NCBI GenBank assembly: GCA_032718475.1 | Contig: JAUCBJ010004188.1 | Coordinates: forward strand, 1 to 64,000 | Source of the DNA: Nemertoderma westbladi | Lineage: Eukaryota; Animalia; Xenacoelomorpha | Direction of reading: 5' to 3' | Length of the DNA stretch: 64,000 nt | Shown: positions 11,351 through 22,448 of the stretch, one piece after another | Layout: every line of letters starts with the position of its first letter | Numbering within the stretch: the stretch's first letter is position 1 | The notes under the pieces: generated by a model | Told to the model about the DNA's origin: nothing | Databases searched by the model: none | What the model saw: only the letters and a program-made list of their open reading frames with translations | Made by a program: the position numbers and the translations under genes

Positions 11351-13246
11351 TATATTCATATTTTCTATTATAATGCACGATTGAATGGTGTGTTACGATA
11401 TATGGCGCTGTGTACCTACAGTATATTAGCCGTCATACAGTATAATTATTTAGATAAGCCATAAAGACGTGCGACTATATTTAGACAAGGAAAATAAAAC
11501 GCCCATATTTTTGAATTTATCCATTTTATACAGTATGTAGTACTACCTATGTAATTTTGTAGTAAAATATAAGTAAATAGTTCCACGGTAGCAAGTTTCC
11601 TATGAAACCCTTGATATAAGCTTGCTGTTATTAGCCTCAATAGGACTAACTGCACATTTGTTTTAATTTCTTTTATATTTGTGCTAAATTAGATTTCATG
11701 TACCGTATTTTTAGTACCGCTAAATTAAGCAACGCCAAAATTACCATATATGGTGATGATTTGTGATTCCAAGGAGGAATAGGTTCACAATCCGGCTTCC
11801 TTTTTGGCCTAGCTGTTTCTAGGTTAGTCTAATGGTAGCGCGGATTGGGGAACCAATCAGAGGATTATTGCATCATCCTTTAGGAATCACCTATAAATTT
11901 GGCTGTATTTCCGGTATGTGCATCTCAGTTATCTTAATTAATCCATAATCTCACTAATCTCAGTTTTTGTGCATAATTCTGTGTATTCTGTTTTTCCATT
12001 TGTTTTCTTGCAATAATTCGCAAAATTTGTAATTTCTGCTTATTTCTTGCTGTATTTCTCACTTTAATCTCAATGATTACTGCCAATTACAATCAGAACT
12101 ATGATTTCTACCCTTTGATTAATGGTTCTATGTGATTAAGATGCGATAATCCCACGGGATTTCTTTAGACTGTCAGACTGTATGATTGCATGCGCCGTTA
12201 CGGTAGCTACTCATTAGATGGAGGGCTAAGGTACCGGTAGGCGCGGCGGGCACGCCGGGGGGTAGCGACGAAGGGAGTGCGGAGGATTCAAAGGCGAGCA
12301 ACGCTGGCGGGGTGTCACTGTTGCGGTTGGAGGGCTAGCAGTGTAGAGGGAAGACTGATTGCTGGTACAGTAATTAGGGGGCTGATGATCCAGATTTTGT
12401 CTCTATTTTGTAGTATTAGGGGGCAGGAATCGGGTTAGTTAGGAAGCCTACATGTACCCGGGAGAGGCCTTCGTGCTTTACATTGCGAGTTGCGAACTGT
12501 GAATTGCGAACTGCAGATTGTAAATTGTACATTAGGAACTATAAATTGGTAAGTATTAACTATTGATTGTTACGCTGATTGGTGTGTTGCTAAAGTGTGC
12601 CTGATTAAATTATGAATGCTTAGATAGGCGCCATTTTTCCCTTGATTGATTTCTATTTCTTAAGTTTACGATAAATAATTACTGATTAGGTAAAATTAAT
12701 ACGGTTTTTAGGCTGTTACTAGTGCAACCCGTTGCGTAATAAATTAGAATTGCGCATTCTGGAACACTTAGTAATTAGTACGCTGTTTCATATTTGTGAC
12801 TGTAATTAATTAGTAAAATTAAGAATTTGTACGCAGCATAGCAGATCTATCCATGGCCTATAGCCCTGCTGCCGACTGTAGGGGTCCATTTGTTACACCG
12901 TGAACCAAGTGTGCCTCCTGGGTTAGGTTACCTAACACTGGTAGAGGAGCATCCAGTATAGACAGGGCAGGGCGTGTATCATCTCTAATGCAGATGTGTA
13001 TCAAGCCTTTGCCTTCAATGGTGCCCTAGGCGCTAAAGCACACAATGACTTATTTATTTGACATGGCTAAACCAACCCACTCTTGATCAACTAAATAATG
13101 AATAGGCTATGCTTATCGGGCCTGCCCTACTGGGCTGACAGCTACAGGTAGTATCACATTACTACCATAGTGGTAGCAGGATCTACTCGCGAAGCTGTAA
13201 TTATTACAGTATATTTATTGTTGTATTTATAGTTATTTTTACTCAC

Positions 13247-13273
13247 CATAAGTAGTTGTTGTTGTTTCTTCGG
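13247..13273 (-). CDS. 27 nt micro-exon (AEETTTTTY), copy 2
   Basis: Identical to 10894-10920 with intact ag and gtgagt splice sites. Confidence 0.7.
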
Positions 13274-14669
13274 CTGTAAATAAGAAGATAAAGGTAGTAA
13301 ATAGTAAATGTATGTCACAGAATGTCCGAGTGGATACTAACCGAGTGGATACTAACTGCTTGCTTACACAATAGCGTTAGGTGGAACAGGTTCGAAGTGG
13401 ATACTAACTGCTTACACAATAGCGTTAGGTGGAACAGGTTCGAACTGTTGTTTCCGTATGACACTTTCGACGTTAGTACAATACAGTTTTCTCAATGATT
13501 ACTGCCAATTACAATCAGAACTATGATTTCTACCCTTTGATTAATGGTTCTATGTGATTAAGATGCGATAATCCCACGGGATTTCTTTAGACTGTCAGAC
13601 TGTATGATTGCATGCGCCGTTACGGTAGCTACTCATTAGATGGAGGGCTAAGGTACCGGTAGGCGCGGCGGGCACGCCGGGGGGTAGCGACGAAGGGAGT
13701 GCGGAGGATTCAAAGGCGAGCAACGCTGGCAGGGGTGTCACTGTTGCGGTTGGAGGGCTAGCAGTGTAGAGGGAAGACTGATTGCTGGTACAGTAATTAG
13801 GGGGCTGATGATCCAGATTTTGTCTCTATTTTGTAGTATTAGGGGGCAGGAATCGGGTTAGTTAGGAAGCCTACATGTACCCGGGAGAGGCCTTCGTGCT
13901 TTACATTGCGAGTTGCGAACTGTGAATTGCGAACTGCAGATTGTAAATTGTACATTAGGAACTATAAATTGGTAAGTATTAACTATTGATTGTTACGCTG
14001 ATTGGTGTGTTGCTAAAGTGTGCCTGATTAAATTATGAATGCTTAGATAGGCGCCATTTTTCCCTTGATTGATTTCTATTTCTTAAGTTTACGATAAATA
14101 ATTACTGATTAGGTAAAATTAATACGGTTTTTAGGCTGTTACTAGTGCAACCCGTTGCGTAATAAATTAGAATTGCGCATTCTGGAACACTTAGTAATTA
14201 GTACGCTGTTTCATATTTGTGACTGTAATTAATTAGTAAAATTAAGAATTTGTACGCAGCATAGCAGATCTATCCATGGCCTATAGCCCTGCTGCCGACT
14301 GTAGGGGTCCATTTGTTACACCGTGAACCAAGTGTGCCTCCTGGGTTAGGTTACCTAACACTGGTAGAGGAGCATCCAGTATAGACAGGGCAGGGCGTGT
14401 ATCATCTCTAATGCAGATGTGTATCAAGCCTTTGCCTTCAATGGTGCCCTAGGCGCTAAAGCACACAATGACTTATTTATTTGACATGGCTAAACCAACC
14501 CACTCTTGATCAACTAAATAATGAATAGGCTATGCTTATCGGGCCTGCCCTACTGGGCTGACAGCTACAGGTAGTATCACATTACTACCATAGTGGTAGC
14601 AGGATCTACTCGCGAAGCTGTAATTATTACAGTATATTTATTGTTGTATTTATAGTTATTTTTACTCAC

Positions 14670-14696
14670 CATAAGTAGTTGTTGTTGTTTCTTCGG
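14670..14696 (-). CDS. 27 nt micro-exon (TEETTTTTY), copy 1
   Basis: Identical to 10894-10920 with intact splice sites. Confidence 0.75.
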
Positions 14697-14766
14697 CTGT
14701 AAATAAGAAGATAAAGGTAGTAAATAGTAAATGTATGTCACAGAATGTCCGAGTGGATACTAACCG

Positions 14767-15127
14767 AGTGGATACTAACTGCTTGCTTACACAATAGCGT
14801 TAGGTGGAACAGGTTCGAAGTGGATACTAACTGCTTACACAATAGCGTTAGGTGGAACAGGTTCGAAGTGGATACTAACTGCTTACACAACAGCGTTAGG
14901 TAGAACAGGTTCGAAGTGGATACTAACTGCTTACACAGCGTGGAACAGGTTCGAAGTGGATACTAACTGCTTACACAATAGCGTTAGGTGGAACAGGTTC
15001 GAAGTGGATACTAACTGCTTACACAATAGCGTTAGGTGGAGCAGGTTCGATGTGGATACTAACTGCTTACACAATAGCGTTAGGAGGAACAGGTTCGAAG
15101 TAGATACTAACTGCTTACACAATAGCG
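14767..15127. repeat. 48 bp minisatellite (gtggatactaactgcttacacaatagcgttaggtggaacaggttcgaa), about 7 copies; two-copy versions near 10990 and 13345
   Basis: Tandem units read directly. Confidence 0.9.
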
Positions 15128-15128
15128 T

Positions 15129-15866
15129 GGGGGGGGGGGGGGGGGTACACCATTTTTGGACAACTCTTCGATTTATCACTCACAGCGTTTCAAAATTGGT
15201 TTGTTTTGGCTAACATTTGGCATATAGGTGCCTAAGATGCTATTCTACATGACAGGTCAGAAAAAAAAATTTTTCGATGTTTAATATTAGTTAATACTAG
15301 TTAACAATAAAAAAAGCTTGGTTGCGCTTAAAACCCGAAGTTTTGAACCTAATCACATGAAAGTTGTTTTTTATTATAGATCAAAGATGGGGCAACATAA
15401 CTATCAGGCGAAATTTTGTGAAAATAATTCTGCACCGCTAGGTGGCGCTGCAAATTTATGCTAAATTTTTATCTTTGTTATAAATAGTATTAAATTTTAT
15501 TAACAAAAAATTTCGAAAAGTTGTCTTATGCTTTTATGCAGGGTGGCTAGCTAGCCACCCACAGAAAGTTTCAGACTAATTACTCAAAAATTGTAGAAGT
15601 AGTAGGGTTTTGAAGTTGACAATTTCATAAAAAAAAATTTGGAGATAATCGACGCTTCATTATACATAGTAATAGTAATTTCAATAGGATTCCCTAAATT
15701 GAAATTATTATAACTTGAAAACTAAAAGACCTATTAAATAGTGGTTTTCAGATTTGGAAACACCATTCAATGGTGCATTATAATTTACCATAAAAAAATT
15801 TCGACATATTTTGGACCAAAAATGGACCAAAATGACCTCCCCCCCCCCCCCCCCCCCCCCCCCCCC
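15129..15866. mobile_element. Non-autonomous DNA transposon (MITE) with G-run/C-run termini and TTAA flank (Kolobok/piggyBac-type)
   Basis: Left end G-run-tacaccatttttgga; right end ccaaaaatgg...C-run-ttaa; internal gcaccgctaggtggcgctg; no ORF. Confidence 0.65.
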
Positions 15867-16064
15867 TTAAATGAAATCCACAGAGCATTGTGATGTATGC
15901 TGAGCGATAAACATTGTATTCAGAATTATTATTTTTATTTTCATAATATTGCACCAGAAACAATAACCAAAAACAAATACATGAAAAACTAACAAAGAAG
16001 TAATGTAATTATTCTAGTCCATTAAATTGTTGTATTAATAGTTTTTATTCTTATAATTACTAAC

Positions 16065-16109
16065 TTGGTGCAGCTGTTTCTGTTGTTCCTGTTGCTGTTG
16101 TTTCTTCCG
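16065..16109 (-). CDS. 45 nt exon (TEETTATGTTETAAP) of host mucin/EGF gene
   Basis: Acceptor atatttacag, donor gttagt; phase 1-1; paralogous to the 27 and 30 nt micro-exons. Confidence 0.8.
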
Positions 16110-16283
16110 CTGTAAATATAAGATAAAATAAATTACAGCCATGGTGATAAAATAGTTTACAGTAAAGTATTAAGCGTACTCAAAAATTACATGAAACATT
16201 TTCCATCTTCCATTTTAACTATCAATGTTCCTGCTAAATAGATTTAAAAATTATTATTTTAAACTACTAGAGTATTAATTAGC

Positions 16284-16569
16284 ACTACTACTAAGTCGAG
16301 CGAACTCGGACAGTGGAAATGAGATCCTTCCAGGCTTCCCGATTCTCCATAGTTGTCGCAATTTCGTTTCTCCCAAGTTCAGTATCCCTTTAAAGTTGAT
16401 CTATATATGTTATGGCAGGTCGTCCACGACTACGCTTTCCATGAGTTGGTTGCCAGAAATGTAGATCTGGTATGACCTCGTCTTTACTTCGCCAGCAGTG
16501 CCCCCTGAATCTTAATCTGCATTCACGGAGGGTGGTTGATACAGGTGGTATTGTACCATAGAGCTCGGG
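16284..16569 (-). mobile_element. 3' terminal fragment of RTE family 1 with (TAG)n tail
   Basis: Reverse complement matches 38622-38910 (ELYGTIPPVSTTLRE...WQPTHG, ending gctcgacttagtagtagt). Confidence 0.85.
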
Positions 16570-16769
16570 CTACATTTTAAAGAAATAATAGTAATAATAA
16601 TATTAATAATTATTGTTGCTGCCATTGTCACGCTAAATTTAAATATTGCCACAATTATTAGAAAAGTTAAAAGTGAAGATGAACCTGCCAATTTTTGAAG
16701 GTTTAATAATAAATAAATTGTTTTATTATCTGTATTTTATTGGTGCCACATAAAATACTGAAGACTTAC

Positions 16770-16845
16770 TTGCATAGACTGCGATACACATTCCAGAGAG
16801 AATGGCAATAAAAGTCAATGCAGTGGTTGTAGAGAATGACCCCAT
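16770..16845 (-). CDS. First coding exon (signal peptide MGSFSTTTALTFIAILSGMCIAVYA) of host mucin/EGF gene
   Basis: ATG at 16845, hydrophobic core, VYA cleavage-type ending; phase-1 donor gtaagt in frame with the next exon. Confidence 0.82.
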
Positions 16846-17602
16846 ACTTACTTATAGGCTAGTGGTAGAGAATGAGGTTATACTAGATACAAGTGAATAA
16901 GTACGTGTGTGAGAGAGAAAGTTAAAACAAGACAAAATACAATTTGTAAAAGTTGATTGTTTTAAATAAACTTCAAGAAATCTCACGTGTTTACTGTATT
17001 ACACGTGTTAATTACTGTGGCAAATATGTGGAGATTGTTAGGGATAAAGAGTTGTGTTGTGTGAGGAGTAAACATAAGGACCCCCAACTGGTTGCAATGA
17101 TAGCCGAATCAATATGAACGATGTTGGGATTCACACATACACTATAGAGTACAGCTCGGTGGATATAGGAGCGATCAATGTTGTACTAATATACGTTATA
17201 CACGTCTTAGTGAAGCATAATAATTATATTGGGTAGCAGATAGGAAGCAATGTGTTGTATACACAATATATGGAGTAATGAATCCCATGTGCATAGATGG
17301 GACGGTTCCTGTAGAATATGTACCAATAATATGAAAACTATGAAAAAATGACAACAGGTTGTTTCATTCATTATATGATATTTTAATTACAACATTGAAC
17401 TGAACTCACAATTAAGTTTCAAGTAGTTTCTAGAAGTGTGGTGCTCCATCTAGAAACAATCCTCTACCCGCTGCCCAAAAAATCACGCCATTATTGTCCT
17501 TTCTTAACTAGATTTTTTGGGTTTAAGAACTCCAAATCGACTGTTCATTCATGTTAAAGGGTCGCATTGATGGCGATATATACCTTGGTTCCATAGTTTT
17601 AG

Positions 17603-17855
17603 TTGAGATATTTTTACTCTCGCTATTATTACCCTCGATATTTTTACTCGAGATATTTTTACTCAAGACATTTTAACTCGAGATATTTTAACTCGAGATA
17701 TTTTTACTCGATATATTTCTACTTGAGATATTTTTACTCGAGATATTTTAACTCGAGATATTTTTACTCGAGTTATTTTTACTCGAGATATTTTTACTCG
17801 AGTTATTTTTACTCGAGATATTTTTACTCGAGTTATTTTTACTCGAGATATTTTC
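17603..17855. repeat. 15 bp minisatellite (ctcgagatattttta), about 16 copies, between the divergent genes
   Basis: Tandem units read directly. Confidence 0.9.
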
Positions 17856-18013
17856 CAGATATTCCATCTTGCAAGACATTTATCCTCTTGATTTTTCTAT
17901 TCATAATATTTTTCAACACTTGCGAAATTTTTCATGTCCCGATATTTTTCACCAATACCTTTGCCCCACACAGTCTTCATAGCTACAGTAGATAAACTCT
18001 TAATGGTTTGAAA

Positions 18014-18264
18014 ATGTATTCGTTACAAAAATATTTGATGTTTGTAGTTTTTTCTTTTATCGATCAAATATGCGATGCCGAGGTTCTCAGCTACTCAGAG
18101 AAACAGTTTATATTAAATTGGCACAATGATAGGCGACGTAATACGCTGGATCCGGCCCACCCTAATGTAGATAACCTCGGAAATACAATCCCAGACGCGA
18201 GCGGAATGAACGAACTTGTATGGGATGCTGATCTAGAGAAATTAGTGCAGCAATGGGCTGATAG
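18014..18264 (+). CDS. CAP/SCP (CRISP/PR-1/antigen 5) family gene, exon 1
   Basis: Signal-like N-terminus, then ILNWHNDRRR...ASGMNELVWDADLEKLVQQWAD (CAP signature); phase-2 donor gtgagt. Confidence 0.88.
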
Positions 18265-18944
18265 GTGAGTACATTAGGACTACTTGTTACGGGATTATTC
18301 CAATATGCACTTCACCAACCCAGAAACAATTATATCACCATATGGCAGTAATTATCACCCTCCAATGAAGGGGACTGCAGCTACCTAACAAGGTCAAGGT
18401 AATAATAAGACGCAGAACTGCTACCTAGCAAGGTCAAAGTAGCAATAAGACGCAGTGGCCAAACACATGAAGGATCACGTGTTGCGCAATCTATCATATT
18501 GTCATACGGTAAACGTACTGTGCATATTTCGTATCCCTTGTGCATACATAATACGGGGGATAACCATAGTTCACTCCCCAATAATGTGTTACTGCCTTGC
18601 TGAGAGAGAGCTGGCAAATCGACCTGTTAAACCAATCGATTAGCCACACCTAAACCGTTACTACCCAATGAGAATATTAGTAGTATGCAAAAATAGTCAG
18701 AACACTTACCTAAGCCAATCACAGATTTATATTGTAGTTCAGTTGTTCATCATTTTTGCTATGGTTTACATGTACGTAGCAAACACATAATTATTATAAG
18801 TATTACGGTACAAAGACTGACTTTTAGTAATCAGCCTGTGCCATTGCTTTGTACGAGCCAACTCACGCCATGTCTACTATACTAGATCCCTTGGCACTAA
18901 TACTATACTATCGGTAAGTAACATCGCAGCTACACATACATATA

Positions 18945-19811
18945 TTAAGGGGGGGGGGGGGGGGGGGGGTACACCCCCTCAGGTAAAGTTTTCAATTTAT
19001 TGTTTCTTTATTTCACCTGGAGCAGAATTTAATGAGGATTACAAATCTGACAACCGCTTAGTGAGACCTGTTTCAGTTCTCGAGTTATCACTGTTTTTTC
19101 GTATGACAGTCTGTCCGTCAAATTGTAAGAAAGACAGAAGACTGACAGACAGACAGATAGAATAGATTCCACCAAAAATTAGAACTGAGAGAGATTCGGA
19201 AAATCTGAAATGAAATCAGCAACCCCGAAAACCCCAGTAATGAACATTTTAGCTCGTTGGTGTGCATCCTTCGTGCCGGAAATAATTAACCAACCAGAAA
19301 ACAGACAGCCAATTTTGGCGGAACAGTTTAAACTTTGAAGGGCATTTTCTCTGAATGGCATTTTTCATTTTCAAATTACTACTCCTCCGTCATTTTTCAA
19401 CCAATTTTCTTCGTTTATGGCTCATTCGATCGAGCTTTGGAAACTCTTTAAAAGTTATCTTATTGAATTTTGATAAATATTACCATTTTTTCTACTTAGC
19501 CATTTTTAATTAAAAATATGATAATTAATTAATTAAATTAAATAATTAAAATAAAATTGGCTAATTAAAAATTCTATAAGATAACTATTGTAGAGTCGAT
19601 CACGCTGAGTACAAAAATGTTGGTTTCAAGAAATTTTGACCAAAATTGAGGGACTAGTAGTAATTTTAGTGAAATCGTTAATTCCGCCGCCAGCCACTAG
19701 GGGGAGGCTACAAATTTTAAAATTACTGTAAAGGCTATTTGTCCTTCCATACATACAGTGGTTGACCATGACAAAATAGCAATATTATAATTGACAGCCA
19801 TTTTAAAAATT
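18945..19811. mobile_element. TTAA/G-run MITE, apparently split by the BEL element (remaining end about 36028-36047)
   Basis: ttaa-G-run-tacaccccc at the left end and ggggggtatatgccccc immediately after the BEL TSD; internal gccactagggggaggc resembles the motif in the 15129 MITE. Confidence 0.5.
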
Positions 19812-20817
19812 TGTTCGCGCTTTCAGACCTTTAGCAGTTTAACCTGCCAATTTTAGGTGTCCTCTTGTTTATAAATCGACTTTAGCCTATAACAATTATT
19901 TAATGCACATGAAGTAACATTAGCCGAAGCCAGTCTATGCGCGATCATTCACCCACAGTTAAGGGAGACTTGATTCGGATTCCTTGACCTTATTGCGTTG
20001 CAGACCTACTGTATTATTCGATTGATTGTTACTATATAATCTCTGACAATATTATTGACTTTCAGGGAAATATTAACAGTTCCTTTAGGACGTGTCGCTT
20101 TAAGTATAAAACAGAGCTATGACTTATACTAAACACAATGAGATGGCTAATGATTTTCGTAAATAGCGCATTCTTTAGGAGATGCTTTATTATCTGTCAC
20201 ACTGCTGCATAAGATTTCACACTGCTGCACACTGATCTGCCGACCGTCACTGAATTTGATCATATATAAGGAGGATAGCCACTGACACATGTAGGGATTA
20301 TGAAATAGCATTTACAAAGTTGTTCAGTCAGTGCAGACTGCAGTTTCATCAGTCAGTGATTCAGAGTCAGTTGCAGTCATCAGTTGCAGATAATAGATTT
20401 ACGTTCTTGTAATCCAAAGCCATCTAATGTTGGCCAAAGTCTGAAAATTCCAACACAGAAGTACAGAAGAATCCTAAGCCGGTGTTCTGGGCTTAGAAAA
20501 GATACACACTGACTGAATTGCGTGGGTTTCTGTAGGCACTGTCCAACACAAAGTGAAAATCGCTCTGATTGGTCGAGCGAGCCGAACAAAGAACAAAGAA
20601 AAGCTCCACGCTGGCAGTAAATCAGCTGACAGATGTCGTCATCTGAACTACACTCTATTTAGAGTATTTGGCATATTGCGGCATAAAATGGCTTGTTATG
20701 TCCGGTAAAACACTTACAGGGTACATTGCGGAGAAAATGGCTTGTTATGTCCGCTAAAACAACTAAACAGTTCATTGCGGAGAAAAATGACTGGTTATAT
20801 CCGCAAAAGCTTTTACA
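19812..20817 (-). repeat. 3' LTR of BEL element (1006 bp)
   Basis: tgttcgcgctttcagacc...cttttaca; preceded on the minus strand by a short purine-rich tgggagcag (PPT-like); tandem subrepeats gcggagaaaatggcttgttatgtccgctaaaaca. Confidence 0.93.
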
Positions 20818-20843
20818 CTGCTCCCAGAAAATGGGATTTAATT

Positions 20844-22448
20844 CTATAAAATATAAAAAATCACAGTTTCTAAAATATAAAAATACTCTAAACAGTTAGT
20901 CTTTCTTACGGAACGGCGTTTACGCAGTTTTTTGAGGCTAGCAAGAGTCCTTTTCTCTTTGGGGCGAGCCACTTTACTAGGAGGGCTATAACTCCTGGAT
21001 GAAGGGTGCAATACAATTGCATCGGAAGGTTTTAGGATTACAGTCGGTGTATCCGCCGGTCGAGGTACCCGGTTGATCGGTATCAACCTCAGTGGAATCA
21101 GGTCGAACAACCTTGAGAGCGCGTTTTAAGACAGAAGCTCTTACTGGTTCCTGACGGGTCGTTTGCACGAGAGCGGTAGGTGGACCGTGTGCAGTGAGAA
21201 ATTTCCCAGGTTTGATGGTTCTTTTCGACTCGCATTCTCGGGCTCTGTGGAAATCGACATGCTTCTCCTCGAGCTGATTTTCCTCTGCTTGTCGTTGGAA
21301 TCATTCGTCCAAAACTCTTGCAGAGAGTAGGGTCGTCCAAGTTCGATATCTTCTTAGAGATTCTGGGTTTCCCGATTGAACTGAGATAAGTTAATTCGTT
21401 TACCGCTTGCACTTGCTGCTACAATTTATGTTTCTCTGAACAATCGTAGGTTCCTTTTCAGATCTTTTGTCGAATAGTGTCTAACGCATTGCGTACAACT
21501 CTCTCCTCCACCTCGGTGACAGGTTGTATCGGGGTTAGATCGGGATGATTATACGGGTTGAACGGCGATATTAAATGTCCGCGTCCCAATCCGGCTAGGT
21601 AGGATGGGCGAATATCTAGGGAGCCCATAACCGGAGTGCCACCGACTAATTGTTCGGGTAACACCAGATCTTTGAACAATGAGTACAGTTCAGGAAGATC
21701 TGTCATTCTATTAGGATCAAGAGTCTGAGGTCTCACCAGGGAATGAGGAGGTCCGACCGAGTATTCCGGAACTCTGATCATCGGTTTATTTAAGGATCGT
21801 TTGCGTCGAGCGAGCGTAAGTGATACGTCGAACAAGTTTCGCTCGAAACTCCCATAAATATAGCGAGTAAAAACTGTGTTTAGCGCAACGTCTCCGCGGA
21901 TGTTTATATCTTTCCGTGTGTTGGTTGGGTCTAGGGCATTCATCGTAATAATACCAAAGATGCATGTCTTGTAGGGGAAACGCTGGTGATCTTTCTCCAG
22001 TTTTACAATGTTTCTCTCAGGAATTCCAAATATTCGTTGAAGTCACTGCGTTTATCCGGTTCTTTAACATCTTCTCTTTCGAGTTGGTTTCGAATAGAAT
22101 TTTCGTGTTCGATTCTCAGTTTATCGTTCCGACTCCGCTGGGTATGATATTTAAATAGGATCATTTCCCTTTCGGTGTCTACATCGTCCATATCTTGTAA
22201 ATCGATAGGATGGCCAGTAGTAAAGAAGTCTATATACATACCATTACGATGCATATAGCGAGCGGTGAATTTTCTATAGTCCAATTCACGCGTGAGCTGT
22301 TCCTTTGACATTAGCGGTTCAATATAACGGCCATCGTCCTCCGTAGTAGAGGGACTAGCATCACCGCGTATTAAACTATCAACAACGCTTGCAATGGTAG
22401 TGTATATCGCTCCCTGATACCAAGATCATCTTCTATCAACTCAGACAT
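20844..22448 (-). pseudogene. Extra 3' ORF of the BEL element (unknown protein, broken by frameshifts or stops)
   Basis: Collinear protein-like pieces 22003..22311, 21458..21943, 21098..21412 and 20844..21110, with an upstream ATG at 22448 (MSELIEDDLG); lies between IN and the 3' LTR in the sense orientation. Confidence 0.6.

Larger units (their letters stand above)
10495..14870. repeat. Tandem segmental duplication in three partial copies (1423 bp period between copies 2 and 3)
   Basis: 10495-11143, 12848-13485 and 14270-14870 are near-identical; 12068-12847 is repeated at 13490-14269. Each copy carries the RTE 5' leader, the micro-exon and the 48 bp repeat. Confidence 0.92.

Noticed and set aside
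17603-17995. SRYFY-repeat ORF
   Set aside because: Translation of the 15 bp minisatellite with a non-ATG start.
20380-20899. Short ORFs duplicated at 35588-36101
   Set aside because: They lie within the two LTRs, which explains the duplication.
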